In this document: positions 1 through 8,829 of the stretch, one piece after another
Numbering within the stretch: position 1 is the first letter of the stretch
How the letters are laid out: each line of letters begins with the position of its first letter
IMG/VR virus record: IMGVR_UViG_3300030107_001446
Coordinates: 96,001-160,000 of that record
Length of the DNA: 64,000 bases
Direction: 5' to 3' (one strand)
Origin: a virus
Notes under the pieces: generated by a model
Seen by the model: the letters and a program-made list of their open reading frames with translations, nothing else
Database searches by the model: none
What the model was told of the DNA's origin: nothing
Made by a program: the position numbers and the translations under genes

Positions 1-1
1 T

Positions 2-598
2 CTCGCTATGGAGTCGCAAGACGACAAGCAAATGATGAAAGCAGTGAAGACAATCATTAGAAACTGCACCAACCTGAAATCCAAAGTTGAAGACCTAGCA
101 ACATTTGAGATTGAATTTATATTCTTGAAGATTCGTGCTTCAGCAGTTGGTGAAGTTAGTGAATTTAAGGTCACATGCCCAGATGATGAAGAAACTCAAG
201 TAAAAGTTGAAGTACCACTAGGAGAAGTCGATGTTGTTATTCCTGAAGGACATAACAATAAGATTGATGTTGGTGGTGGTGTTGGTATTGAGATGAAGTA
301 TCCTTCATTGGAGACTTTTGTCCAACAAAATCTAACTGATACACCTTCACTTGATGATGTATTCCAACTTGCAGCAGGTTGTATAAACCAAGTGTATGAC
401 AAGGAGGAAGTATATGATTCTTTCACTAAGAAGGAAGCACTTGATTTCTTAGAGAACCTAAACTCAGAGCAGTTTGGTAAGATCCAAAACTTCTTTGAGA
501 CTATGCCTAAACTCTCTTATACATTAGAGGTAACTAATCCTAAGACAAAGGTCAAGTCAGAGTTGGTACTGGAGGGACTAGCAAGTTTTTTCGAGTAG
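2..598 (+). CDS. gp26: Baseplate hub assembly protein gp26 (5'-truncated; frame open at window edge)
   Basis: IEFIFLKIRASAVGE...CPDD and KYPS...FFETMPKLSY...LEGLASFF match T4-like gp26; frame is open upstream of the ATG at 8. Confidence 0.9.
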   Translation, partial: LAMESQDDKQMMKAVKTIIRNCTNLKSKVEDLATFEIEFIFLKIRASAVGEVSEFKVTCPDDEETQVKVEVPLGEVDVVIPEGHNNKIDVGGGVGIEMKYPSLETFVQQNLTDTPSLDDVFQLAAGCINQVYDKEEVYDSFTKKEALDFLENLNSEQFGKIQNFFETMPKLSYTLEVTNPKTKVKSELVLEGLASFFE

Positions 599-652
599 CG
601 TTAATGCATGACAGTCTTGAAAACTATTTTAGGACTAACTTCGCATTAATGC
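571..652 (+). promoter_or_regulatory. Putative -1 programmed ribosomal frameshift signal (internal SD, slippery heptamer, 3' hairpin)
   Basis: GGAGG 571-575; T TTT TTC 586-592 in gp26 frame; stems 598-607/643-652 and 613-622/627-636; -1 frame is open into gp51. Confidence 0.7.
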
Positions 653-789
653 AGCACCACAAATACTCTCTGACTGAATTAGAGAATATGGTACCATGGG
701 AACGTGATGTTTATATACAACTGCTATTAGCTCATATCCAAGAGGAAGAGCGTAGGCAAAAAGCAGACGAAAGAAAAATGTCAATGTAG
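604..789 (+). CDS. gp51: Baseplate hub assembly catalyst gp51 (possibly reached by -1 frameshift from gp26)
   Basis: NFALMQHHKYSLTELENMVPWERDVY is the cyanophage gp51 signature; directly follows gp26. Confidence 0.9.
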   Translation: MHDSLENYFRTNFALMQHHKYSLTELENMVPWERDVYIQLLLAHIQEEERRQKADERKMSM

Positions 790-3210
790 ATGTCCATCCG
801 TAGTTACGTTAAAATTAAACCTATATCCGAGAAGGGAGCTTTCACGGATGGTTTTAACGAGCTTCGTAAAGGTATTAATCAGACTGGTAAAGTTACTGAG
901 TCTATTGGTAAGAACTATGTTGAGACACATAAACTAATAAAGTTTGAGAAAGAGTGGTTAGCAGATAAGCAAGAGACAGACGTAGATACTGCTAATTTAG
1001 AAGATAAAGACGATAAGAAGAAACATAGAGGTTTTCTCTCTCGTTTTGTTCGCATGTTCAGGAGGAATAGACGAAAGGAGACTGAGAATGCAGCAGAGGA
1101 AGGTGAGAAAGATGCTGATAAGGATGTAGATAAGAAGAAGAAAGAAGCTAAAGGTCCGATGAAATCCTTTCTGGGGATGATTACTGGATTCTTAACACCT
1201 ATATTCAAATTCTTCCTAGCAATGGGTGTTTTGGATTGGTTATCAAAGAGCCCAGAGAAAGCTCAGAAAGTATTTAAAGCAATATTTGCTATCGCTAAAT
1301 TTGGTTGGGCGGTAGTAGGGTTTGGTATTAATAAGGTGATGGATGGTCTTACCAATCTATTTGGTAAGGGATTTGATGAAGGTCCAATTAAGAGGACTTT
1401 CAGATTTATGGGAGGTTTCCTTCAACTTGCATCTGGTATTGCAGCATTAAGGTTTGCATCCTACATGGTGATGCCATGGAAGTTGATAACTGATGTTAAT
1501 AGATTGAAAGATGTATTTGGTGGTCAAGCAGATCAACAGGGAGAAGCAGAAGCACAGGCAGCTTGGAGGAAGAAAGGATATAAGGATAAAAAGACAGGAG
1601 TAATATATTCAGAGAAAGAATATAAAAATATGCGTAAGTCTGCACGTCGTGCAGGTAAAGAAAATGCATTCCAACAGAGAGTAGGTCCTACTGTTAAACA
1701 GAGAGGACGTAACCTCAAAGCAGGTGCATTAAAGAAGTGGAGAAAGGGTAAGGGTGTAATTGGTAAGAAGATGAAGGGGATTGGTGGTAAGTTATCTTCC
1801 CCTGGAATGATGAAAGGTGTTGCTATTTTAGGTGGTGCAACACGTATTTTCTCAGGTATACAGAGTGGAGAGGATGCAACTGAAGCAGTAGGTGCAGGTA
1901 TTGGACAGGCAGCAGGTGGTATGTTAGGTGCTGCTGCTGGTACTGCATTATTAGGACCATTCTTAGGACCATTTGCACCTATAGTGGGTAATGCTATTGG
2001 TAGTTTCTTAGGTGAGTGGGTAGGTAAGACATTCTTACCAGTAATCAAACCACTATTTGAACCTATTGGTAAGATGTTTAGGATGTTGTGGGATCTGGTG
2101 AAGGGTTTAATGAAAGAGACTGGTTACTGGGATTTCCTTGGTACCTTATTCAAGTTTGTTGGTAAGTTAGGTCAATGGTTAATGACCATACTCGCACCAC
2201 TAGGTAACTTCATTAAGATAGTGATGGGACCTGCTATATCATTGATAGGGAAGATTATTGGCATGGTTATAGGTGCTGTCAAGAATATGATAGCGTTCGC
2301 AGCTAATCCTATAGGGTTTGCATGGAGAGTTATAAGAGGTAAGGATCCAGGTGCTAATGTTGACCTGGCAGAGGAGAAGGCAGAAGGTGGAGAGGTAAAA
2401 ATTGTTAAACGTAATGTACCTGTATTCTATGCAGCAGCAGGTGGTGCTATTAAATTAGTTAAAAGTTTAGCTGGTGGTGGAAACCCTGGACCTGTTAAGA
2501 TTACTGACTACGTTGGTAGACCTACACCAGATCAATTCGTTTATAGTTGGCAGCAGTTGAGAACTAAGCATATTGAGAAGACCCTTAATGGAGAAGTAGT
2601 TGATGTATCATCTTCCGAAGAATATGAAGAGCATCTTGGGTCAATTGATCTACATCAACTGATAAAACATAATAAGGATATTATGGATGAGTTGATAGCA
2701 CTCAAGAAAGCGAAACCTCATCATACTATTAGAGATATACTTCCAGGTGGATCCTTAGAAGGTAAGATACATCCTAGAATACTTTATCCAATACTTAATA
2801 ATAGTGTTGCAGCGAAACTGACGAACAAACGTGTGGAGACTGAGTATAAGAAGTTCTTAAAAGACTATGACTTAGTTTATACTGATTCAGAAGGTAATAA
2901 GAAGGTAAGAGCATACTCAATATACAATGAGAATTTCTCCAAGGGTGGTGAAACTCCTATAGTACCAACTCCAGAACCTTCTATACATCATACTGGTGTC
3001 CCTACCAACATTCAAATGGAAATGATGGTTAAGGATAGGGATGCTGCTAAAGAAATGACTGAGTACCACTTCGCTGAGGAGGCAATGGATGACATTGCAC
3101 CACAGGTTATCACTATTACAAGGAAAGTCCTTCAGCCCATAATAAATAACCAGGGAAGCGGTGCAACTAAAGTTGTATACACTAAACCTTCACCAATGTT
3201 GAGTTGTTAA
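790..3210 (+). CDS. Tape-measure/gp29-like virion protein, paralog 1 (806 aa)
   Basis: Charged coiled-coil N-terminus, Gly/Ala-rich amphipathic helical repeats (GAGIGQAAGGMLGAAAG), position just after gp26/gp51. Confidence 0.6.
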   Translation: MSIRSYVKIKPISEKGAFTDGFNELRKGINQTGKVTESIGKNYVETHKLIKFEKEWLADKQETDVDTANLEDKDDKKKHRGFLSRFVRMFRRNRRKETENAAEEGEKDADKDVDKKKKEAKGPMKSFLGMITGFLTPIFKFFLAMGVLDWLSKSPEKAQKVFKAIFAIAKFGWAVVGFGINKVMDGLTNLFGKGFDEGPIKRTFRFMGGFLQLASGIAALRFASYMVMPWKLITDVNRLKDVFGGQADQQGEAEAQAAWRKKGYKDKKTGVIYSEKEYKNMRKSARRAGKENAFQQRVGPTVKQRGRNLKAGALKKWRKGKGVIGKKMKGIGGKLSSPGMMKGVAILGGATRIFSGIQSGEDATEAVGAGIGQAAGGMLGAAAGTALLGPFLGPFAPIVGNAIGSFLGEWVGKTFLPVIKPLFEPIGKMFRMLWDLVKGLMKETGYWDFLGTLFKFVGKLGQWLMTILAPLGNFIKIVMGPAISLIGKIIGMVIGAVKNMIAFAANPIGFAWRVIRGKDPGANVDLAEEKAEGGEVKIVKRNVPVFYAAAGGAIKLVKSLAGGGNPGPVKITDYVGRPTPDQFVYSWQQLRTKHIEKTLNGEVVDVSSSEEYEEHLGSIDLHQLIKHNKDIMDELIALKKAKPHHTIRDILPGGSLEGKIHPRILYPILNNSVAAKLTNKRVETEYKKFLKDYDLVYTDSEGNKKVRAYSIYNENFSKGGETPIVPTPEPSIHHTGVPTNIQMEMMVKDRDAAKEMTEYHFAEEAMDDIAPQVITITRKVLQPIINNQGSGATKVVYTKPSPMLSC

Positions 3211-3213
3211 TAG

Positions 3214-5712
3214 ATGGCAACACCCGCAGTTAAAGTACAAAAGGCAACACTCTATAAGATGATATCTTATAAGGGTGCAACTTCTGGTGCTACAAAATAT
3301 ACTCCCCTAACAGCAGCTGCTGAGATGGGTAAGTTTAAGAAGTCTTTTAATACAGGTATGGGTGCGATGACAAGGGGTCTTAACTCCCTTGGTGCTACCC
3401 TGAACAGTATCTCTATCAATTCCCAGAACATGTTAGAGGGATGGAGAGATAGTATTAAGTCACAGATATCAGATAATGCTGCTCTCACTAAGAAAGAAGA
3501 CAAGTATAAGAGGTTAAAACTTAAGAGAGAGACAGATAGAGAGAAAGCAGAAGAGAAGAGAAGAAAACTTTTAGCCAGAGAAGAGACAGAGAAGAATAAT
3601 GAAGGTAAGCAACCACTCTTTAAGAAGATCAAGACGATGTTCAAGGAGGGTGCTAAAGCAGGGATAGGTGGACTGTTTGGTGGACTCTTAAAATTAATAC
3701 GTTGGGCTATACCTTTATTACTAGGATATAAGATACTAGATTGGGTGAGTAAGAATCCAGATAAAGTCCAGAAACTTGCTCAGGGGTTTGCTGCTATAGG
3801 TAAGTTTGTATATAATGTACTAGCATGGTCAGCAGGGACAGCTCTGGATGGTATTACAAAATTCTTAGAGAATCCTATAAGTCTTAAAGGTATCTTTGGT
3901 CTTGCACAGTTTTTAATAGGTGCTGCACCTATATTCTTAGGGTTTGCATTCCTTAAGAAACCACTAGCAACACTTAAAGCATTGAAGTGGGTGGTTGGAT
4001 CCCTAGGTAAGGGCATCATGAACATGATGAAATTTACCAAGGCAGGACAGAAGATGCGAAAGTTTTCTGTTGGTAAGTATGGTAAACTTCTTAACGGAGC
4101 TCTAGTTGGTACTGGTGCTGCAATGGCAACGTTAGCAGCAGGTGGTAGTGGAGCAGAAGCAGTTGGTGCGGGTGTTGGTGCGGGTGCAGGTCAGATGATC
4201 GGTGCTAAACTTGGTGCTGCTACTGGTATTCCAGGTGCGGGAGCAATAGGTGGAGCACTTGGAGGATTAGCGGGAAGTAAGATAGGTAAGGGTATCGGTA
4301 AGATGCTAGAACCCATTATCGGACCATTGAAAGAATGGTTTGGTATGGTCAGTAAGGTATTTAATGATGTCATAGGACAGATAAAGGAACCTTTTGAGCA
4401 GTTCTTCAAGACTCTTGGTGCTTTTATGTCGAAGATATTGGCAGCAATTGAACCACATATGCCACTCATTACTAAGATATTAGGTACAGGTTTTAAAGTA
4501 ATGTTCTTCCCACTGATAATGGGTATGAAAGCATTGACTGCTATTATGAAATTCTTTATGAAGGACGCAGGTCCTAAGGATGAAGTAGGTGGTGGAGGAG
4601 AAGAAACACAGACAGACACGACAGTAACTAAGAGCAGTAGCAAGGGTACCGCATCCTTTAATCCAGAGACAGGGAAGCGAGAGTATACTGGTGATATGAC
4701 TGCCGATAAGGAGACTGATCTAAGGATTGCTAAGGTTAGGATGAGAATGCATCGTGGTATGGATGATGAAGAAAGAAAGGTGTATGAAGATCAGATAGCA
4801 CGTCTCGAAGCAAATAGAGCGAATGGTGGATGGGAAATATTAACATCAGAACAAGCAAAAGAGAAGTATGGTGATATGGATTTCGCCAAGGGTGGATGGA
4901 TTAATGGTCCTCAGTCTGGTTACCCAGTATCATTAGATGGTAAGCAAACCTCATTCATTGGGCATGGTAAAGAGTGGGTAGGAAGAAAGTCAGGTGGTAG
5001 AGCATTTGTGGTACCATTCGACACTCCTGCTACAAGAAAGGATAGTTCTCTCACCAGTCGGAGAATGGGTGAAGCTGCTAGAGGTGGGTATAGTTTACCT
5101 TATTCCATAGGTGGACCTGTATATAATGTCAATGTTGATAAACTTGCTCCATCATTTGCACAGGGTGGCACTGTTGCTATAGTTAAGAAGGTAAGTAAAC
5201 CTAAAGGTGAAGACAGACCTACTGGGATGAAGAGAGTCCTAGCAGGGTATGCTGATATGTTAACTGGTAATGCGTTTGATTTTGACAAACGTGGTGACAT
5301 GAAGGATGGTATAAAGAATGTAATAAATCAGAAGAATGAGGAAGGAAAACCTGGTGGTCTGATGAGATGGATGGCAGGTGCTGCTGACATGATGACTGGT
5401 AATCTGTTTGATCTGGATGGACGTGGTAATGTTCTGGATGGTGCTAAGAGATTAAAGGATAATGTTGGTAACCAGATCAATGAAGCAAGAATTAAGAAAC
5501 AGGTAGAGAAGTTCCAGAAGATACATGGTGCTATGCATAACCCTGAGAATTATACTATTAATGAGAGTGGGGAACCTATTACTCTAGGTGGTGCAGGTAA
5601 GCAGCAAGCAATTGTACTTCCAGGTAAGAAACATTTAGACTCAGATAAATTCGTTAGACCTAAGTTTGGGGTCATTGCTGATGCTATGACTGAGCCCGTG
5701 GAGTTAATGTAA
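3214..5712 (+). CDS. Tape-measure/gp29-like virion protein, paralog 2 (832 aa)
   Basis: Same architecture as 790..3210 (LDWLSKSPEKAQK vs LDWVSKNPDKVQK; AVGAGIG vs AVGAGVG); AKGGWINGPQSGYP module. Confidence 0.6.
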   Translation: MATPAVKVQKATLYKMISYKGATSGATKYTPLTAAAEMGKFKKSFNTGMGAMTRGLNSLGATLNSISINSQNMLEGWRDSIKSQISDNAALTKKEDKYKRLKLKRETDREKAEEKRRKLLAREETEKNNEGKQPLFKKIKTMFKEGAKAGIGGLFGGLLKLIRWAIPLLLGYKILDWVSKNPDKVQKLAQGFAAIGKFVYNVLAWSAGTALDGITKFLENPISLKGIFGLAQFLIGAAPIFLGFAFLKKPLATLKALKWVVGSLGKGIMNMMKFTKAGQKMRKFSVGKYGKLLNGALVGTGAAMATLAAGGSGAEAVGAGVGAGAGQMIGAKLGAATGIPGAGAIGGALGGLAGSKIGKGIGKMLEPIIGPLKEWFGMVSKVFNDVIGQIKEPFEQFFKTLGAFMSKILAAIEPHMPLITKILGTGFKVMFFPLIMGMKALTAIMKFFMKDAGPKDEVGGGGEETQTDTTVTKSSSKGTASFNPETGKREYTGDMTADKETDLRIAKVRMRMHRGMDDEERKVYEDQIARLEANRANGGWEILTSEQAKEKYGDMDFAKGGWINGPQSGYPVSLDGKQTSFIGHGKEWVGRKSGGRAFVVPFDTPATRKDSSLTSRRMGEAARGGYSLPYSIGGPVYNVNVDKLAPSFAQGGTVAIVKKVSKPKGEDRPTGMKRVLAGYADMLTGNAFDFDKRGDMKDGIKNVINQKNEEGKPGGLMRWMAGAADMMTGNLFDLDGRGNVLDGAKRLKDNVGNQINEARIKKQVEKFQKIHGAMHNPENYTINESGEPITLGGAGKQQAIVLPGKKHLDSDKFVRPKFGVIADAMTEPVELM

Positions 5713-7157
5713 TGTCACAGGTAAAGAAGACAACCTACGCACCAGCTCGTAACAATGCTGAGATGGTAATCACTAAGATGCAGATTACCATGATGAACGA
5801 TGATGTCTATGATATCAGGGACATGGTGGCTCAGTTTAAATACTATGAGTCAATAGAATCATCATTCTTACGTGCTGAGTTTACTATGATAGATGCAATA
5901 GATTTCAATGAGTTATTGCAGGGTGCAGAGACAATAGAATTGGATATAGAGACTGCTAGTGCAATCTCTGAAGAAGGAGCAAAGGATCCTAAGAGGATAC
6001 CCCTACAGGTAAAGTTACAGGTCTATAAGATAGGTGACATCATTAAGTCTGAGAGAGGACAGATGTATAATCTGTATTGTGTATCTCCTGAGATGTTCCA
6101 TGATGAAATGACTAAGATATTAAAAGCATTTGGTCCAGGTAAAGGGTCTAAGGATGTAGAGAATATTCCTCTGCATATCTGTAAGGAGTATCTAAAGGCA
6201 GGTAAGAAGGCAGTATCTGAAAACTTTGAGAATCATTCTAAGATTACTTACATATCATGTAACTGGAAACCTAGTGATGCTATAGCATACATGACTGATA
6301 AGGTAACTAGGTTGACTGGTAGTAAAGGGGCTGTTAAACAGTCTGGATACTTATTCTTTGAGAATAGGAATGGGTTTAATTTTAAATCTATAGACTCCAT
6401 TGCTGATGGTGGTGCTACCAAATATATCTACACCTATACTTACGTGCAGCCAGGTACTGACCCTGCTGATGGTGGTGTTTATGGTATTGAATCTATAGAC
6501 TATCCAGATAAAGCAAATCATCTTCAGAATATGAGGAGGGGTACATATAAGTCTGCTGCTATAGGTATAGCATTACCAGTGCAGTCTGCTAGTTTCACTC
6601 CCACTTCAGGTAGTAAGTCAGGTGATGGTGGTAGTGATAACGTCAGTGATAATACAACGTCCCCAGGTGGTACCGTTGGTCAGGCATTCGAGATTGAGAT
6701 GATGGGTATATTTGGTAAGGCAACTACTGTAGAGAAGGTACCACCTTATAAGTTACCAGAGTTTTTTGATAACAGTCAACCTACTAGGATGAAACTCCGT
6801 GCTCTTCCTGGTATGAAGAATCAACCTAAAGGTACTAAGTTACCACCTGGAAAGACTAATGTTGGTACGGGTGGAAACCCTGACATAGATGCGATGGCAG
6901 TTGCACAATATGCTAGTGGGAGGTATAATTTACTTAAATCGATACAGTTAAAGGTAAAGATACCAGGTAATACAGGGATAGGTGCAGGATATAAAATCAA
7001 GGTAATCATTCCAGCTTCACGACAAGAATCTGATACTACAGTCAAACAAGACAAGAAGTTTTCAGGATTATATGTTGTTGCGGCTCTAACACATACCTAT
7101 GAAAAAGAAGGTCTTAGTACTGAATTGCTGTTAATTAGGGACTCTTTGCCTAAATAG
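5712..7157 (+). CDS. Baseplate hub protein, gp27-like (481 aa)
   Basis: YESIESSFLRAEFTMID, YLFFENRNGFNFKSID, and C-terminal IPGN...SGLYVVAALTH are typical of gp27/phage-D-like hubs. Confidence 0.6.
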   Translation: MSQVKKTTYAPARNNAEMVITKMQITMMNDDVYDIRDMVAQFKYYESIESSFLRAEFTMIDAIDFNELLQGAETIELDIETASAISEEGAKDPKRIPLQVKLQVYKIGDIIKSERGQMYNLYCVSPEMFHDEMTKILKAFGPGKGSKDVENIPLHICKEYLKAGKKAVSENFENHSKITYISCNWKPSDAIAYMTDKVTRLTGSKGAVKQSGYLFFENRNGFNFKSIDSIADGGATKYIYTYTYVQPGTDPADGGVYGIESIDYPDKANHLQNMRRGTYKSAAIGIALPVQSASFTPTSGSKSGDGGSDNVSDNTTSPGGTVGQAFEIEMMGIFGKATTVEKVPPYKLPEFFDNSQPTRMKLRALPGMKNQPKGTKLPPGKTNVGTGGNPDIDAMAVAQYASGRYNLLKSIQLKVKIPGNTGIGAGYKIKVIIPASRQESDTTVKQDKKFSGLYVVAALTHTYEKEGLSTELLLIRDSLPK

Positions 7158-7177
7158 TTACAAGGAGGTAAAAACTT

Positions 7178-7405
7178 ATGACTACTATAGAGCAACACAT
7201 ACAGCATGATAAAGAGATCCTTGAGGATCCAATGACTAATCCTGCTGCACGTCGTCACTACAAAGAAGAGTTGCACGACCTTATAGAGTATCAAGAGCAC
7301 CACAAATCTGAGATAGAAGGTGGTGACCATCACGATCCTAATGCTTTAGAACTATTTTGCGACCAACACCCTGACGAACCAGAGTGTTTGGTATACGACG
7401 ATTAA
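7178..7405 (+). CDS. cp12: CP12 Calvin-cycle inhibitor (phage AMG)
   Basis: C-terminal LELFCDQHPDEPECLVYDD CP12 motif; SD GGAGG upstream. Confidence 0.92.
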   Translation: MTTIEQHIQHDKEILEDPMTNPAARRHYKEELHDLIEYQEHHKSEIEGGDHHDPNALELFCDQHPDEPECLVYDD

Positions 7406-7441
7406 TATTGCTATATAATAATGAGCTCAAAGTGACAGGAA

Positions 7442-8056
7442 ATGAATAAATGGTTTGCAGGAGGACTTGGCCTTGCTATAGGCGTTAGTCATCTAGGCAT
7501 GATCGGTATTATTGCTAACCGAGGAGGTAACAGTAGTAAATTGCCGAGCCTAGATATTCCAGTAGGGTCTTTTACGACCTATGAAGCAGAAGTTTCGGAA
7601 GAAGGATATAGAATAAGATATAAAGCGAATGATCCTAAGACGATGTTCATCACCAAGGACATCAAGAAGAAGGGTGGATTCCTAGGACTGGCTAACAACA
7701 CAGTTAAGACAGTTGAGGAGTATACTATGGATGGAGCAGTACACCATGGTGGACCTGTCTCTACACCTACAGCATGGATTGACCCCGCAGCACTTGCTAT
7801 CACAGGAGGTAAGTCAGATGACATGGGAAAGGTCAGTGCAAAAACCGAAGAGTGTATAAAGGCAGTCGGTGGTGGCGAACAGACTGGAAGACTTGTCGGC
7901 ACTAGCGTTGGAGCAGCAGCTGCACCTACTGTATCAGGCATACCATTCGTAGGATGGTTAGCAGCAGGTTGGGTAGCAATGTTTGGTGGAAATCAGGGTG
8001 CAGAAATAGGCGGTCAGATGGCTGAAACTATGACAGAATCATGTGATGAGATTTAA
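7442..8056 (+). CDS. Conserved cyanophage hypothetical membrane protein with Gly-zipper-like C-terminus
   Basis: N-terminal hydrophobic helix; GRLVGTSVGAAAAP...GWVAMFGGNQGAEIGG. Confidence 0.7.
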   Translation: MNKWFAGGLGLAIGVSHLGMIGIIANRGGNSSKLPSLDIPVGSFTTYEAEVSEEGYRIRYKANDPKTMFITKDIKKKGGFLGLANNTVKTVEEYTMDGAVHHGGPVSTPTAWIDPAALAITGGKSDDMGKVSAKTEECIKAVGGGEQTGRLVGTSVGAAAAPTVSGIPFVGWLAAGWVAMFGGNQGAEIGGQMAETMTESCDEI

Positions 8057-8219
8057 TGAGCAAGATATACACCAACTAAGAGATGCGTGTATACATTATC
8101 AACAGACTGCTGACTCTCCATGGAGGATTCGTCAGTATGATCAATTGATATCTAAACTAGATGACTACTCACGTGAGTATGAGTGTGATGATTGCAAATA
8201 TTGTGAGATACATAGATGA
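8046..8219 (+). CDS. Small hypothetical protein (57 aa, MRFNEQDIHQL...)
   Basis: Manual translation; fills the gap with overlapping start/stop coupling; below the ORF-track cutoff. Confidence 0.65.
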   Translation: MRFNEQDIHQLRDACIHYQQTADSPWRIRQYDQLISKLDDYSREYECDDCKYCEIHR

Positions 8220-8359
8220 AGTGTGAAGTTACATTATATGTTGCAGGGACTGTATTCAAAGAAGAGGTGCAGGCTCGTGACTATGATGAGGCAAAGAAAG
8301 TTGCCCTTGCTAGAAATCCCAATGCTACAGTCATGGGAGTTACTGCTGTTTTCAGATGA
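8216..8359 (+). CDS. Small conserved cyanophage protein (47 aa, MKCEVTLYVAGTVFKEEV...ARNPNA)
   Basis: Manual translation; ATGA overlaps on both sides; resembles a recurrent cyanophage ORF. Confidence 0.75.
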   Translation: MKCEVTLYVAGTVFKEEVQARDYDEAKKVALARNPNATVMGVTAVFR

Positions 8360-8811
8360 GATTCAATGAAGTGGTGGGTCACTATAGGAATCAGAGACAA
8401 GCATTCTCTAATCCATCCACGTGGCCTCAGATTGATATTAGAATAATTGAACCTAACCATGGTACCTTAGAGGTTAAGTCATGGTACAAGTATAAGGGTG
8501 AAGACAAACCATATAATAATATACGTTATCAGTGGAGACATGTGGATGAAAATATCGTCTACTGTGAAAGTTATAATCTTATTGATGGTTCCAATACTTG
8601 TCCATTCGTCTGGCTTTGGAAGAATGGTTGGTGGAACGGGACTCCAGATGGAGAATGTATTCAAAATGGAATCAGGTTGGTTTCAAAAATAAGATTCAGA
8701 CCAGGTGAATATCGTGCCATAGATACAGGTTATGATGTTACAACAGGAGACTTCCGTTGGGGTAAACCTGAAGAGGATGGAGAATTTCTCTTCGTTAAGT
8801 TGGATAAATAA
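8356..8811 (+). CDS. cpeT: CpeT/CpcT-like T-type phycobilin lyase (phage AMG)
   Basis: GHYRNQRQAFSNPSTWPQI, SWYKY, PY, DTGYD...FRWG pattern of cyanophage CpeT. Confidence 0.8.
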   Translation: MRFNEVVGHYRNQRQAFSNPSTWPQIDIRIIEPNHGTLEVKSWYKYKGEDKPYNNIRYQWRHVDENIVYCESYNLIDGSNTCPFVWLWKNGWWNGTPDGECIQNGIRLVSKIRFRPGEYRAIDTGYDVTTGDFRWGKPEEDGEFLFVKLDK

Positions 8812-8829
8812 AAGAAAACTATTATATAA

